Source of the DNA: an uncultured Gammaproteobacteria bacterium
GTDB lineage: Bacteria; Pseudomonadota; Gammaproteobacteria; Ga0077536
Assembly (NCBI GenBank): GCA_938082545.1
Contig: CALKCL010000009.1
Location: 9,594 to 73,593 of the forward strand
Direction of reading: 5' to 3'
Length of the DNA: 64,000 nucleotides
A program made the translations under genes and the position numbers. The notes beneath the pieces were generated by a model, which saw only the letters and a program-made list of their open reading frames with translations, was not told the DNA's origin and searched no databases. Positions 9,483 to 19,298 of the stretch are shown one piece after another (the stretch's first letter is position 1; each line of letters starts with the position of its first letter).

Positions 9483-11090
9483 TTAAAATCTAAAAATGCC
9501 GTATCCAGGCTCTCCTGGTTGGGCATTCAAGGATGCGCTGATCGCTATTCCAAGAGAGTTTCTAGTGTCTATCGGATTAATAATCCCGTCATCCCACAAT
9601 TCAGAGGTGGCATAGTAAGCAGACATTTGATCTTGGAAGGCTTCTAAAGTTTCTTCATAAACTTTATCTAAAGTTTTTTGTTCAACTTTTTCTCCTGTTC
9701 TTTCTAACTGACGTTTTTTGACATCTGCCAGTGTCTTCGCAGCTTGTTCTCCTCCCATAATACCGATTTGGTGGTTAGGCCAAGAAAAAACAAACCTTGG
9801 ATCGTAAGCTCTACCACACATTCCGTAGTTGCCCGCACCAAAAGAACCGTGACACATTAATGTGAATTTCGGAACATGTGAGCCAACAATCGCTTGTATT
9901 AATTTCGCGCCATCTTTAGATATTCCTTTAGCCTCATATTCTTTTCCAACCATGAATCCTGTTACATTCTGGAGAAAGAGTATCGGAGTATTATTTTGAT
10001 TACATAGCTCAATGAAATGAGCGGCTTTCAAGGCACTATCATTGAAAATAACGCCATTGTTTCCCAGTATGCCGACTTTGTAGCCCCATATGTTAGCGAA
10101 GCCACAAACCATGGTGGTCCCATAGACGGGTTGGTATTCATGGAACTTACTTCCATCGACTATACGTGCAATTACTTCTTTGATATCAAAAGATTTTTTT
10201 ATATCGGTTGGAAGAATGCCATACAATTCATCAACGTCATAATAGGGTTCTTCTACAGCATCCTTTCGGATGTTCCACTTAGTGGTCTTTTCCCATTGCT
10301 CGACTATTTCTCTACCTATTGCAATAGCTTCCTCTTCTGTGTCGGCAGGGTAGTCGCATACTCCGCTGACCTGCGTGTGTAAATCACACCCCCCCAAGTC
10401 ATCAGCTGTGACGATCTCTCCTGTCGCAGCTTTTACTAGTGGCGGACCCGCTAAGAAAACCGCACCTGTACCTTTTACAATGACAGAGTAGTCAGACAAA
10501 GCAGGCACATATGCTCCCCCCGCTGTACAGTGACCAAATACTAGAGCCAGTTGTTTAACGTTCATTTTTGACAGGGTACTTTGATTGCGGAACATCCGTC
10601 CTGCCATATACCTGTCTGGAAAGAGTTCCGATTGGAGAGGCAGAAAGCCACCAGCACTGTCACAAAGATGTACTACAGGTAATCGGTTCTCTATAGCTAT
10701 ATCCAGAGCACGTACAATCTTTTTAACCGTTAGCGGATACCAAGCCCCACCTTTTATACTGCTATCATTTCCGATAATAACTACTTCTTGTCCGCTAACA
10801 ACCCCAATTCCCGTAATACAACTAGCACTTGGCGACCCAGCATCACCGGCACGGCTGCCGGCTAACGTAGAGAATTCGAGAAAAGGAGTTCCCGGATCCA
10901 GTAATTTCTCTAGGCGTTCTCTAGGCATCATTTTTCCATGACCTGCAAGACGGTCTACATCTTTTTGAGGCCTTTTGTAGCGCGCGTCATACTGCTCTTG
11001 CTTAAGTTCATCGGCTAAGCCTTTGTTGTGGCTGTAGTTGGACTGAAACTCAGTTGACTCCGTCTGAATTTTCGATTTTATACGAGACAT
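9483..11090 (-). CDS. Acyl-CoA carboxylase carboxyltransferase subunit (MCC/geranyl-CoA carboxylase beta-like)
   Basis: CDSAGGFLP, CTAGGAYVPA, FLQNVTGFMVG and GSFGAGNYGMCGRAY. Confidence 0.9.
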   Translation of the reverse strand: MSRIKSKIQTESTEFQSNYSHNKGLADELKQEQYDARYKRPQKDVDRLAGHGKMMPRERLEKLLDPGTPFLEFSTLAGSRAGDAGSPSASCITGIGVVSGQEVVIIGNDSSIKGGAWYPLTVKKIVRALDIAIENRLPVVHLCDSAGGFLPLQSELFPDRYMAGRMFRNQSTLSKMNVKQLALVFGHCTAGGAYVPALSDYSVIVKGTGAVFLAGPPLVKAATGEIVTADDLGGCDLHTQVSGVCDYPADTEEEAIAIGREIVEQWEKTTKWNIRKDAVEEPYYDVDELYGILPTDIKKSFDIKEVIARIVDGSKFHEYQPVYGTTMVCGFANIWGYKVGILGNNGVIFNDSALKAAHFIELCNQNNTPILFLQNVTGFMVGKEYEAKGISKDGAKLIQAIVGSHVPKFTLMCHGSFGAGNYGMCGRAYDPRFVFSWPNHQIGIMGGEQAAKTLADVKKRQLERTGEKVEQKTLDKVYEETLEAFQDQMSAYYATSELWDDGIINPIDTRNSLGIAISASLNAQPGEPGYGIFRF

Positions 11091-11590
11091 TATTCTTGTG
11101 CCTTAAGTGAAATTAGTTCGGCATTTTTTTGAAAAGCCGAGTTGGTTTCTGCATGTACGCTCTCGACTTCTCCGTCGCGCGGGGCAGTTATATTGATTTG
11201 CATTTTCATTGATTCTATTACGATTAACACATCTCCAGCCGATACCGTAGATCCTACTTGACAGTTTACGCTGACTACTAGACCCGGCATATTAGCCTTT
11301 ATGATATCTTCATTCGTGGCGGCTTTTTGCGTCGCACTGATATGATCAAGGTATGGGAGTGTGTATGTTCTTCCATCTGATCTCAAATGAATGGCCTCTT
11401 CATCTTGAGCCCACCAGAATTTTTTCAGCTGGCCATTAATCCGCATAGAAAAGTGATTCTCGGAGATTTGGATTAAATCGTCGACTGCAAATGCAGTTCC
11501 ATCGACTAGAATCCTCAATTCGGGATGACACTTGGAGATTGTAACCTCGTGTTCAATCTCGTCGAGATTGAATTTATACGATTCGCTCAT
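11090..11590 (-). CDS. BT-like domain plus biotin carboxyl carrier protein
   Basis: IKANMPG and biotinylation motif IESMKM. ATG at 11590 overlaps the upstream stop (TAATG). Confidence 0.85.
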   Translation of the reverse strand: MSESYKFNLDEIEHEVTISKCHPELRILVDGTAFAVDDLIQISENHFSMRINGQLKKFWWAQDEEAIHLRSDGRTYTLPYLDHISATQKAATNEDIIKANMPGLVVSVNCQVGSTVSAGDVLIVIESMKMQINITAPRDGEVESVHAETNSAFQKNAELISLKAQE

Positions 11591-13065
11591 TATAAGTTCC
11601 TCCACTGACCTATCGATGCATACGGTTCAGGCGTATCAAAGGATAGGCTCCTAAAATCCTTGAGTCCCAGTGATGCAGCCAGAAGTGCACAAGCCATTTC
11701 GTCTTCTGTTAGTTCAACAGGCCTTAGTTCTTCTTCATTATCAGTCAAAAAGCCGGTGTGAATATGTGCATTGGCAAAATTGGCGTTTCTTAGTATTCGC
11801 CCTAAATAGTCAACATTGCTGCTGACGCCTAAGAGTACTAGTTCATCTAAGGCTTTCGTTATTTTTTTGGTAGCTAAATTCCGGTTCTCGGCATGGCAGA
11901 TCAATTTCCCGACCATTGAGTCGAATGCCGCAGAAACGATCTGTCCCTGTTCAATCCCAGAATCAAATCTTGCATCCTCGGCATCTGGGATTGCTAGTAC
12001 CTTTATGATCCCCGTTGCAGGACGAAAGTCATTTTCAGGCTCCTCGCAGCATATTCGGCACTCGATTGCGTGGCCAGACTGTTTAATATCTTTTTGCAAC
12101 CAAGGTAGTTTGCGTGTGTAAGCAATTCTTAACTGTGCTTCTACTAGATCCACAGAGCAGACTAACTCAGTTATAGGATGTTCTACTTGTAGTCGGGTAT
12201 TCATTTCGAGAAAGTAGAAATCATCATTAGGGCTGAGGATGAATTCGACAGTCCCAGCATTTAGGTAATTTGCTTTTTCCGAAAGGTCAACGGCTGCTGC
12301 GCATATCGAATCTCGCAACTTACCAGACAGCGAGGGAGCAGGAGATTCTTCGATCACTTTTTGGAAGCGTCTTTGGATGGAGCATTCTCTTTCATATAAA
12401 TGAATAATATTACCTTCGCCGTCTCCCAGTACTTGAACTTCAATATGTCGAGGGTTTTTAATATATAACTCAGCATAGATTCTACTATCCGCAAAATAGC
12501 GTTCTGCCTCTCCCATTGCTGTCTTAGCCTGTACTTCCAGGGAGTCAGCATCATGAACGATGCTCATTCCCTTACCCCCACCTCCAGCCGCCGCTTTAAT
12601 AAGGAGTGGAAAACCAATTTTTTGAGCCTCTTTTACAAAACTACTTAAGTCCCCATCTTGAGTCACACTCGGAGCAACTGGGATACCGCATTTTTCAGCA
12701 AATTCGCGTGAGAGAATTTTGTCTCCCATGAGTTTGATTACTTCAGGCTGAGGCCCTATGAAGGCTATTCCTGACGCTTCTACAGCCTTAGCGAAACCAG
12801 AACTTTCGGATAAGAAACCGTAGCCTGGATGTAGACATTCTGCAGAAACGGACTTCGCAGCTTTAATTATTTGTTCGGAATCAAGATAGGCTGCGGTTGG
12901 GCTTTCAGCAAATAATTGAATAGAGACGTCAGCTAGCTTCACGTGTGGGGCCTTTCGGTCCGCATGATGGAAAACCGCTATTGTTCGCAGCCCTAGCGAT
13001 CTTGCGGTACGTATTACCCTACAAGCGATTTCACCACGGTTAGCTATCAGAATACTTTTAAACAT
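11590..13065 (-). CDS. Biotin carboxylase subunit of an acyl-CoA carboxylase
   Basis: ILIANRGEIACR, HPGYGFLSE, GGGGKGM, ERECSIQRRFQK and EMNTRLQVEHP. Confidence 0.93.
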   Translation of the reverse strand: MFKSILIANRGEIACRVIRTARSLGLRTIAVFHHADRKAPHVKLADVSIQLFAESPTAAYLDSEQIIKAAKSVSAECLHPGYGFLSESSGFAKAVEASGIAFIGPQPEVIKLMGDKILSREFAEKCGIPVAPSVTQDGDLSSFVKEAQKIGFPLLIKAAAGGGGKGMSIVHDADSLEVQAKTAMGEAERYFADSRIYAELYIKNPRHIEVQVLGDGEGNIIHLYERECSIQRRFQKVIEESPAPSLSGKLRDSICAAAVDLSEKANYLNAGTVEFILSPNDDFYFLEMNTRLQVEHPITELVCSVDLVEAQLRIAYTRKLPWLQKDIKQSGHAIECRICCEEPENDFRPATGIIKVLAIPDAEDARFDSGIEQGQIVSAAFDSMVGKLICHAENRNLATKKITKALDELVLLGVSSNVDYLGRILRNANFANAHIHTGFLTDNEEELRPVELTEDEMACALLAASLGLKDFRSLSFDTPEPYASIGQWRNL

Positions 13066-13296
13066 TATTCTTGCATCCTCTTATCTTCCTGTCAGGATAT
13101 TTTAGTCTAGAACATTATATGCTGGTGTTTCGCCGAAATCAGTGTACTTCTGCTTTACACAGAGCCCCTAGTGATCATAAACAAATGGTTGAAAATATGC
13201 TACTCAGGCTGTCTTCGAACAGCGAATAGATGGTAGCAGACAAGACTTGTTCAGGTGTGATGTTTGGTTATTAGATAACTAATCAAGGTATTAAGT

Positions 13297-14171
13297 ATGC
13301 ACGTTGTAAGTTATAGGCATCAAGACGCTAACCATCTTGGGATGTTGTCTGCCGATATGAGCTCAATTATTTCCTTTGATATCTCCGAAGCTAAGGCAAA
13401 ACAGGAATTTTAGCAGTAATCGAGAGCACTCCTTCTCTTTTCCCGTTGCCCAATCCCGAAGATCCTGCACCTCTAGAAGAGGTTGAAATTCTTGCTCCTA
13501 TTCCCAATCCACGGAGGAATATTTTTTGTGGGCAAAAATAACTGGGACATATACAAGAAATTGCAACTGCGGGTTTTGATATTGCTGATAGTCAAGGGAA
13601 AGTACCAGACGTTCCTATTCTATTTTCTAAGCTACCTGACTGCGTTGTTGGACATAATGCCCCGGTAGTGCAAAATCGAAATGTAACGAATCAACTTGAT
13701 TACGAGGCAGAGCTAGGAGTAGTTATTGGTAAAGAAGCGAAGTGCGTGTCTGCGAAAGATGCTATGGACTGCGTATGGGGCTACACAATTGTTAATGACG
13801 TTAATGCAAGAGATGTTCAAGCGGATCATAAACAATAGTTATTAGGTAAATCTCAGGATACTTTTTGTCCTATGGGGCCTCTTGCGCTGTCTAAAAATCT
13901 GATAGATCTAACAGACACATCCATAAAGTGTTGGGTTAATGACAAATTACGTCAAGACGGAAACACGGCTTTAATGATCTTTGATGTGCCATCTCTAATT
14001 GAGACAATTTCTGCTGGGATCACACTTTACCCAGGAGATGTGATTGTGACCGGCACTCCAGCGGGGGTGGGTGCAGGGTTTCCCCCGCCTAAATTTTTAA
14101 AAAACAACGATACTGTGACCATAAAGATTTCAGGGATAGGGGCGCTTGTAAATAAATTGGCTTCAAAATAA
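13297..14171 (+). pseudogene. Disrupted fumarylacetoacetate hydrolase (FAH/HpcE) family gene
   Basis: Family motifs LAPIPNPRRNIFC, LDYEAELGVVIGK, WGYTIVNDV, GKSQDTFCPMGP and GTPAGVG are present. The frame is broken by a frameshift near 13405 (TAG 13411-13413), an in-frame TAA at 13539-13541 and an in-frame TAG at 13836-13838 where Trp is expected. Confidence 0.85.
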
Positions 14172-14181
14172 AGATTTTTTT

Positions 14182-16326
14182 CTAAGTGGTTAGCCGTCGA
14201 TAAATGTCAGCGACTTTTAGGGGTAGTTTTTCTACCTCGTCGATGACTGCATAATTAGCTGTGCCATACATATGAGGCAAATACTCCTGCGCTTCACTGT
14301 CTATTGTGATACAAAATGCGTGTACGCCGCTTTGCTTCATTTCGAGTAGGGCATGACGAGTATCTTCAATGCCATACTGGCCTTTATAGCCTCCATAGTC
14401 TTCGGGACGCCCATCTGAAAGTGTTATCAGCAACTTCGTACGTGCGTGTGTTTTCTGCAACATTTGACCTAAGTGTCTTATTGCAACCCCCATTCGAGTA
14501 TATGCTTTAGGTCTAATTCCGCTTATTCTCTGTCGGACCTCCAGAGAATAGTTTTCTTTAAAGTCTTTAATCGAGTAGACCTCACACCGTTTGTTTGTCC
14601 TTCCTGAAAACCCATAAATCGCATAGCGATCGCCGAGCAACTGCAGTGCTTCACAAAGCAACACCAGCGATTCACGCTCGGCGTTGTTGACCCATCCGAG
14701 AGTCGACCCACTCATATCTACCATAAACATAACTGCTACATTTCTCTCTTGGTTACGATATTTTGTATATAGGTGATCACTCATGTCTTTGCCTAGGGTC
14801 ATGTCAACATGAGCGTTCACTATAGCATCAAGGTCGATATCATCCCCATCTGGCTGTCTACGCTGAGGTCTAGATTCACCAAGTACGGCTTCAAAGCATT
14901 TTTTTATTACACGCAATGCCCCATGATATTTTTCTAATGTGTCAGAAATAAAGCTTTCATCTCCTGGTGGGACAACTAATTCTCGCAGCGTACAAAAATC
15001 TTCACGAAATCTTTGCCGAGTGCAGTCCCACTCATCGTATTGAAAAGTTCCTGTTTCATTAAGATCAGGATCGGTATCTCCTTCAGATTCTCCATTTTGG
15101 GCCAGTAATGCATCGGAGTATTCTCCTTGCTCCATAGGGTCCATATACTGATCAGGAATTTCGCCGAAGTCTTGCATGATGGACCCAGCAAGATTCTTCA
15201 GATCGTCGGATAGCTCAATCGGCTGGCCATCTAAAGTTAATTGGAAATTGGTTTCACTAGGCTCCCCCTCGCCACTATCTCCGTCACTTACTTCCAGCAT
15301 TTGTTTGGCCACGAAGTCGTCGTCATCGGCTTCGTCTTTGGGGGCATTGTCATCTCTTAATTTATCTAGCGACTTCTGAAATGCAATCTGCTCCTGCTCT
15401 ATACGAGAGAGCATAGTCTCTCTAATCCGGTCTAGAAAAATTTCTCCTTGATAGGGCTGCAATACTGGCAAATCAATATCTAGAAAATGGTGAATATTTT
15501 CTATTGTGTCGACGGCGGTTGCAGTTGGGCTTCTTAAGCCATTAGCTCGGTCTTGCCAAAGTTTCCATAAGGCTACAACTTTAGGATCACGGTTTTCAAA
15601 TTCAGAAAACTCTCTACTCAGTCCAGGAAAGTCTCTTGCGATAAAGTAATTAAGTCTGATAGATTCAAGACGATTAAAGATATTAAGAGATTTTTGATCG
15701 TTATACTCGGCGGTGAGTTTCTCCAACACTTGGATCCGCCAGGTCCCATACCAAGTTTGGGCCCATAAATGAGCTGCTGTAAGCTTATAGATAGTAAAGT
15801 TTTGTTTGGGTTGGGGGAAAAGAGAAATACTTTCAGGTAGGAACAATCCTTCAGTGTTGGTATATGTTTCATCATTACCTGAGATTTTGAGTTCTCTTCC
15901 ACCGAGGCCTCTTATGAAATGCTGGAGGAAAAGACTAGTTTGTTGTAGAGAGCATCTAACGCCCTTATTTTCTTGATCAATGGCAAAGCCGCTGATATCT
16001 TCTAGCAATGTAATTGCTTTACCAAGACCGTGGTTATCGTATTTTTTTAGGAATAAGTCTACCCACTTTTGAACGTCAGCATCGACCATAGTGTCAAAGG
16101 CTTTTGGTGCGAAGGAGATGAAATGTGCAGCCAGTTCAGTATTGGAATCAGCTATCAGTCCAGCCCAGTGGGATATAAATACTTGTTGCGGGTCACTAAG
16201 ATTGGCAATCATTGAGATGATTGTGTCTAGATTAGGGAGCCTGTTCAAAGCTGGTCCTACGACTTTTTCTAGATCTTTTTGTATTCGAATGCGGTAGAGT
16301 AAATTCTGCCTTGATTGATTACTCAT
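14182..16326 (-). CDS. CbbO/NorD-like von Willebrand factor A adaptor protein
   Basis: YDEWD, RRQPDGDDIDLDA, MIDAS motif VDMSGST, YTRMGVAIRH, LSDGRP and YGIEDTRHAL, with an acidic linker. Confidence 0.88.
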   Translation of the reverse strand: MSNQSRQNLLYRIRIQKDLEKVVGPALNRLPNLDTIISMIANLSDPQQVFISHWAGLIADSNTELAAHFISFAPKAFDTMVDADVQKWVDLFLKKYDNHGLGKAITLLEDISGFAIDQENKGVRCSLQQTSLFLQHFIRGLGGRELKISGNDETYTNTEGLFLPESISLFPQPKQNFTIYKLTAAHLWAQTWYGTWRIQVLEKLTAEYNDQKSLNIFNRLESIRLNYFIARDFPGLSREFSEFENRDPKVVALWKLWQDRANGLRSPTATAVDTIENIHHFLDIDLPVLQPYQGEIFLDRIRETMLSRIEQEQIAFQKSLDKLRDDNAPKDEADDDDFVAKQMLEVSDGDSGEGEPSETNFQLTLDGQPIELSDDLKNLAGSIMQDFGEIPDQYMDPMEQGEYSDALLAQNGESEGDTDPDLNETGTFQYDEWDCTRQRFREDFCTLRELVVPPGDESFISDTLEKYHGALRVIKKCFEAVLGESRPQRRQPDGDDIDLDAIVNAHVDMTLGKDMSDHLYTKYRNQERNVAVMFMVDMSGSTLGWVNNAERESLVLLCEALQLLGDRYAIYGFSGRTNKRCEVYSIKDFKENYSLEVRQRISGIRPKAYTRMGVAIRHLGQMLQKTHARTKLLITLSDGRPEDYGGYKGQYGIEDTRHALLEMKQSGVHAFCITIDSEAQEYLPHMYGTANYAVIDEVEKLPLKVADIYRRLTT

Positions 16327-16368
16327 GTGCAGTACAAAATCTTTTTTTTGAGTTCAAGCAAAGAGCTT

Positions 16369-17181
16369 TTAAAAAATTGAACGACTTAATTCGTGAACAG
16401 CTTGAAACATATCTGGCTCGTCGGTCAAGGCTTGACTGATCGCGGTATCTACAGCATGGACTGGGGCGACTTTACTATGAATAAGTTTCCCAGCATTCAC
16501 CAATAATCTTGTACTGGCACCTTCTTCTAGACCGTTACCTTTGAGGTTTCTAGTCATATGACCGAGTTTGACTAATTTATGGGCCATTGATTCGTCAATA
16601 CCACTTTCTTTTATTACAATAGCCTCCTCGATAGCAGCGTTAGGATAATCAAACTCTAAGGCTACGAATCTTTGCCGTGTGCTTTGCTTGAGATCTTTAA
16701 GAACGCTTTGATAGCCGGGATTATAAGAAATAGCTAAACAAAAGCTACTTAGTGCTTCAAGAAGTTCACCTAGCTTTTCAATAGGCAATAATCGTCTGCC
16801 GTCACATAGTGGGTGGATGACTACTGACGTGTCTTTCCGCGCTTCTACAATTTCGTCCAGATAGCAGATATACCCGTGCCTGACGGCACTAGTAAGAGGA
16901 CCATCGATCCAAACTGTTTCCCCTCCTTTGATGAGGTACCTGCCAATAAGGTCGGAGGCTGTGAGGTCGTCATGACAAGCGACAGTCACCATAGGGAGTT
17001 TCAAGTGCCAAGCCATATATTCAATAAACCGAGTTTTTCCGCAACCAGTGGGACCTTTTAGCAGAATTGGTAGTTGGTTTTCGTAAGCTGCCGTAAAAAT
17101 CGCAACCTCATCTCCAACAGGCTCATAGTAAGGTTTGTTTTTGATAAAGTTTTGTTCGTTTTTTATTGTGGTTTTACTCAT
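16369..17181 (-). CDS. CbbQ/NirQ/NorQ family MoxR AAA+ ATPase
   Basis: LLKGPTGCGKTRF, CYLDEIVEARKD, SYNPGYQSVLKDLKQSTRQRF and STRLL. Confidence 0.92.
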   Translation of the reverse strand: MSKTTIKNEQNFIKNKPYYEPVGDEVAIFTAAYENQLPILLKGPTGCGKTRFIEYMAWHLKLPMVTVACHDDLTASDLIGRYLIKGGETVWIDGPLTSAVRHGYICYLDEIVEARKDTSVVIHPLCDGRRLLPIEKLGELLEALSSFCLAISYNPGYQSVLKDLKQSTRQRFVALEFDYPNAAIEEAIVIKESGIDESMAHKLVKLGHMTRNLKGNGLEEGASTRLLVNAGKLIHSKVAPVHAVDTAISQALTDEPDMFQAVHELSRSIF

Positions 17182-17349
17182 ATGGGCAATTCTTTCACAT
17201 TTTAATCGTTCGTCTATACTCTAAGTCTTCGACTGAGGACGGCATCTGCTTTACTTTGTGCTATCCCTCGAGGTACTTTTGTCCGGTAAGCAAGTTATCG
17301 TAAATACACTCGTTTAGTCAACGAAGATAAAATATAGCAGGTAAATTAG

Positions 17350-17739
17350 ATGTTAGAAAAATTGAATCCCAAATCCATTGTTGCACCTTTTAATAACGCA
17401 TATCACCATGTCGTCGTTATTCCCTCTGGTGCACGCGTAGCATATGTCTCGGGCCAGATCGGTCTCAATCCAGACGGGACGCTTCCGGCTACTATAGAGG
17501 AGCAAGCAGATCGAGCATGGAAAAATGTTGTTGAGTCAGTCAAAGAGGCTGGTATGACTGTTAGTGATATTGTTAAAGTTACCGTATATCTTTTGGACGA
17601 TAAGGATTACCCAGCATTTGCCTCAGCGCGGGAAAAATATCTTGGTGATGCTCGACCAGCCTCTACAGCGATTTTGGTGAAACAACTGGTATCAGCAGAG
17701 TGGCGTGTGGAAATTGAGGTCGTAGCCGCTGCAGTTTGA
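17350..17739 (+). CDS. RidA/YjgF family protein
   Basis: YVSGQIG, DIVKVTVYL, RPAST and VEIEVVA. Confidence 0.88.
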   Translation: MLEKLNPKSIVAPFNNAYHHVVVIPSGARVAYVSGQIGLNPDGTLPATIEEQADRAWKNVVESVKEAGMTVSDIVKVTVYLLDDKDYPAFASAREKYLGDARPASTAILVKQLVSAEWRVEIEVVAAAV

Positions 17740-17846
17740 AGACTATTAAGAGCTTGCGGGTAACTCGAGATAGTTGAAGGAACTTAACTATGATCTAATT
17801 TGATGGGCAAAACGCGGGCATTTGAAAGACTAAAATGTTAACCTTA

Positions 17847-17944
17847 TTGTTCTGAGGGGGGGATGGACTGAGTCCTCGTCTGCATGTAACCTATAGTGGA
17901 TAAAAAGGATCTGAGCGTCGATCGAAGCAAGCACCTCAGAGCAA
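17847..17944 (+). ncRNA. Candidate structured 5' leader of the LLM gene
   Basis: TTGTTCTGAGG (17847-17857) pairs with CCTCAGAGCAA (17934-17944) with one G-U and encloses a GGAC-TGA-GTCC hairpin. It ends about 40 nt before ATG 17983. Confidence 0.3.
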
Positions 17945-17982
17945 CGGACTCGGAATTAACTGGGAAAAAAGGGGAAAAAAAC

Positions 17983-19197
17983 ATGGAAATTGGCGCATTT
18001 TATCTACCTTCAGTGGGGAGGCCTGCAGACATAAAAAAAGGAATGGCGGGTAAATCTACCAAGCTATACCAGCAGATGCTTAAAGAGATTACTGAGCAAG
18101 TCCAGTACATGGATGGCTATGGATACTATGGTGCTGGGTTCACTGAACATCATTTCCACGTTGAAGGTGAAGAAGTCTCTACAAACCCTGTCATGCTTGA
18201 TATGTATTTTGGTATGCAAACTAAAAACATGAAGTTTGGACAACTAGGTAACGTCCTGCCTTCTAGAAACCCTATTAACTTAGCTGAAGACATAGCGATG
18301 TTGTCTCAAATGCTTGAGGGACGCACTTTCGCAGGCTTTGCTAGGGGCTACCAGAATAGATGGGTTAACGTGATAGGCCAACAAATCGGTTTGTCTGATC
18401 CCGCGTCTGGAGAAGAACATGAAGAGTTAAAGCGCTCGTTGTTTGAGGAACACTTTGAAATTTTAATGAAGGCTTGGAAAGAAGACACTTTTAGCTTTAA
18501 GGGGAAGCATTGGCAGATCCCAACGAAAGATCTCAAGTGGGCAGCAGCGGAGACTGCGCATAAATACGGACAAGGGTGCAATGAAGATGGGATCATCGAA
18601 GAGATTGGTATAGCACCCCCCACATTCAACAACATGATTCCTGATATGTTCATGCCGTTTGCCACCTCTGAGCGTTCTATAAAATGGGGCATGGCTCGAG
18701 GAATTAAGCCTGTCACCATCATGACGCATTATGACGTAGTAAAAGAGCACTTCAGAGCGGGTATGGACGCTGCTAATGAAGCTGGTATGAATTATAAGTT
18801 TGGAGAAGGGATGGCGATGAGTCGAGAGATAATCGTCGCTGATACCGATGCGGAAGCTGAGGAGATAGCACGCGAGGCAGGGTCTTTTATTTGGAACAAT
18901 TTTTTTGTTCCTTTTGGATTTAATGCAGCAATTGCCGGCCCGGGTGAAGGACCATTTGATATAGAGCCTTCCTTTGAGTCTCTAGTGGAGAGAGGTTTAT
19001 GTATTCACGGAAGTCCAGATACTGTAAATAGGAAGTTAGAAACTTTGTTCAAACAGCTACCGGTAGATAACTTTTGGATGTTCATGTACAACCACATACC
19101 GCAGAAAGCGTCGATGAAGAGTTTGGAGCTATTGACGGAGAAAGTGTGGCCTAACCATACTGATAAAATCGTACCTACTAATTTGACTGCTACTTAG
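17983..19197 (+). CDS. Luciferase-like (LLM class) flavin-dependent monooxygenase
   Basis: GFTEHHFH, NPINLAEDIAML, GFARGYQ and IHGSPDTV. ATG 17983 follows a purine-rich RBS and is preferred over GTG 17896. Confidence 0.87.
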   Translation: MEIGAFYLPSVGRPADIKKGMAGKSTKLYQQMLKEITEQVQYMDGYGYYGAGFTEHHFHVEGEEVSTNPVMLDMYFGMQTKNMKFGQLGNVLPSRNPINLAEDIAMLSQMLEGRTFAGFARGYQNRWVNVIGQQIGLSDPASGEEHEELKRSLFEEHFEILMKAWKEDTFSFKGKHWQIPTKDLKWAAAETAHKYGQGCNEDGIIEEIGIAPPTFNNMIPDMFMPFATSERSIKWGMARGIKPVTIMTHYDVVKEHFRAGMDAANEAGMNYKFGEGMAMSREIIVADTDAEAEEIAREAGSFIWNNFFVPFGFNAAIAGPGEGPFDIEPSFESLVERGLCIHGSPDTVNRKLETLFKQLPVDNFWMFMYNHIPQKASMKSLELLTEKVWPNHTDKIVPTNLTAT

Positions 19198-19218
19198 CTA
19201 AGTTAAACGATGCAAACT

Positions 19219-19251
19219 AAGCCTGGGTGAATATTGCTCAGGTTTTTTTTT
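19219..19251 (+). terminator. Rho-independent terminator
   Basis: AAGCCTGGGT-loop-GCTCAGGTTT hairpin followed by a run of T just after the LLM stop. Confidence 0.8.
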
Positions 19252-19298
19252 ATCCTAAGTTGAGGTAAAGAACGGCATAACTGTTTAATCCCGGGAGG

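Noticed and set aside
13836-13838. In-frame TAG as possible readthrough or pyrrolysine recoding
   Set aside because: It falls at an expected Trp, and the gene has additional frameshift and stop lesions, so it is a pseudogene.
17233-17242. 10-mer TGAGGACGGC shared with the 31.6 kb RNA candidate
   Set aside because: A single 10 nt match is plausible by chance in 64 kb, and the flanks do not align.
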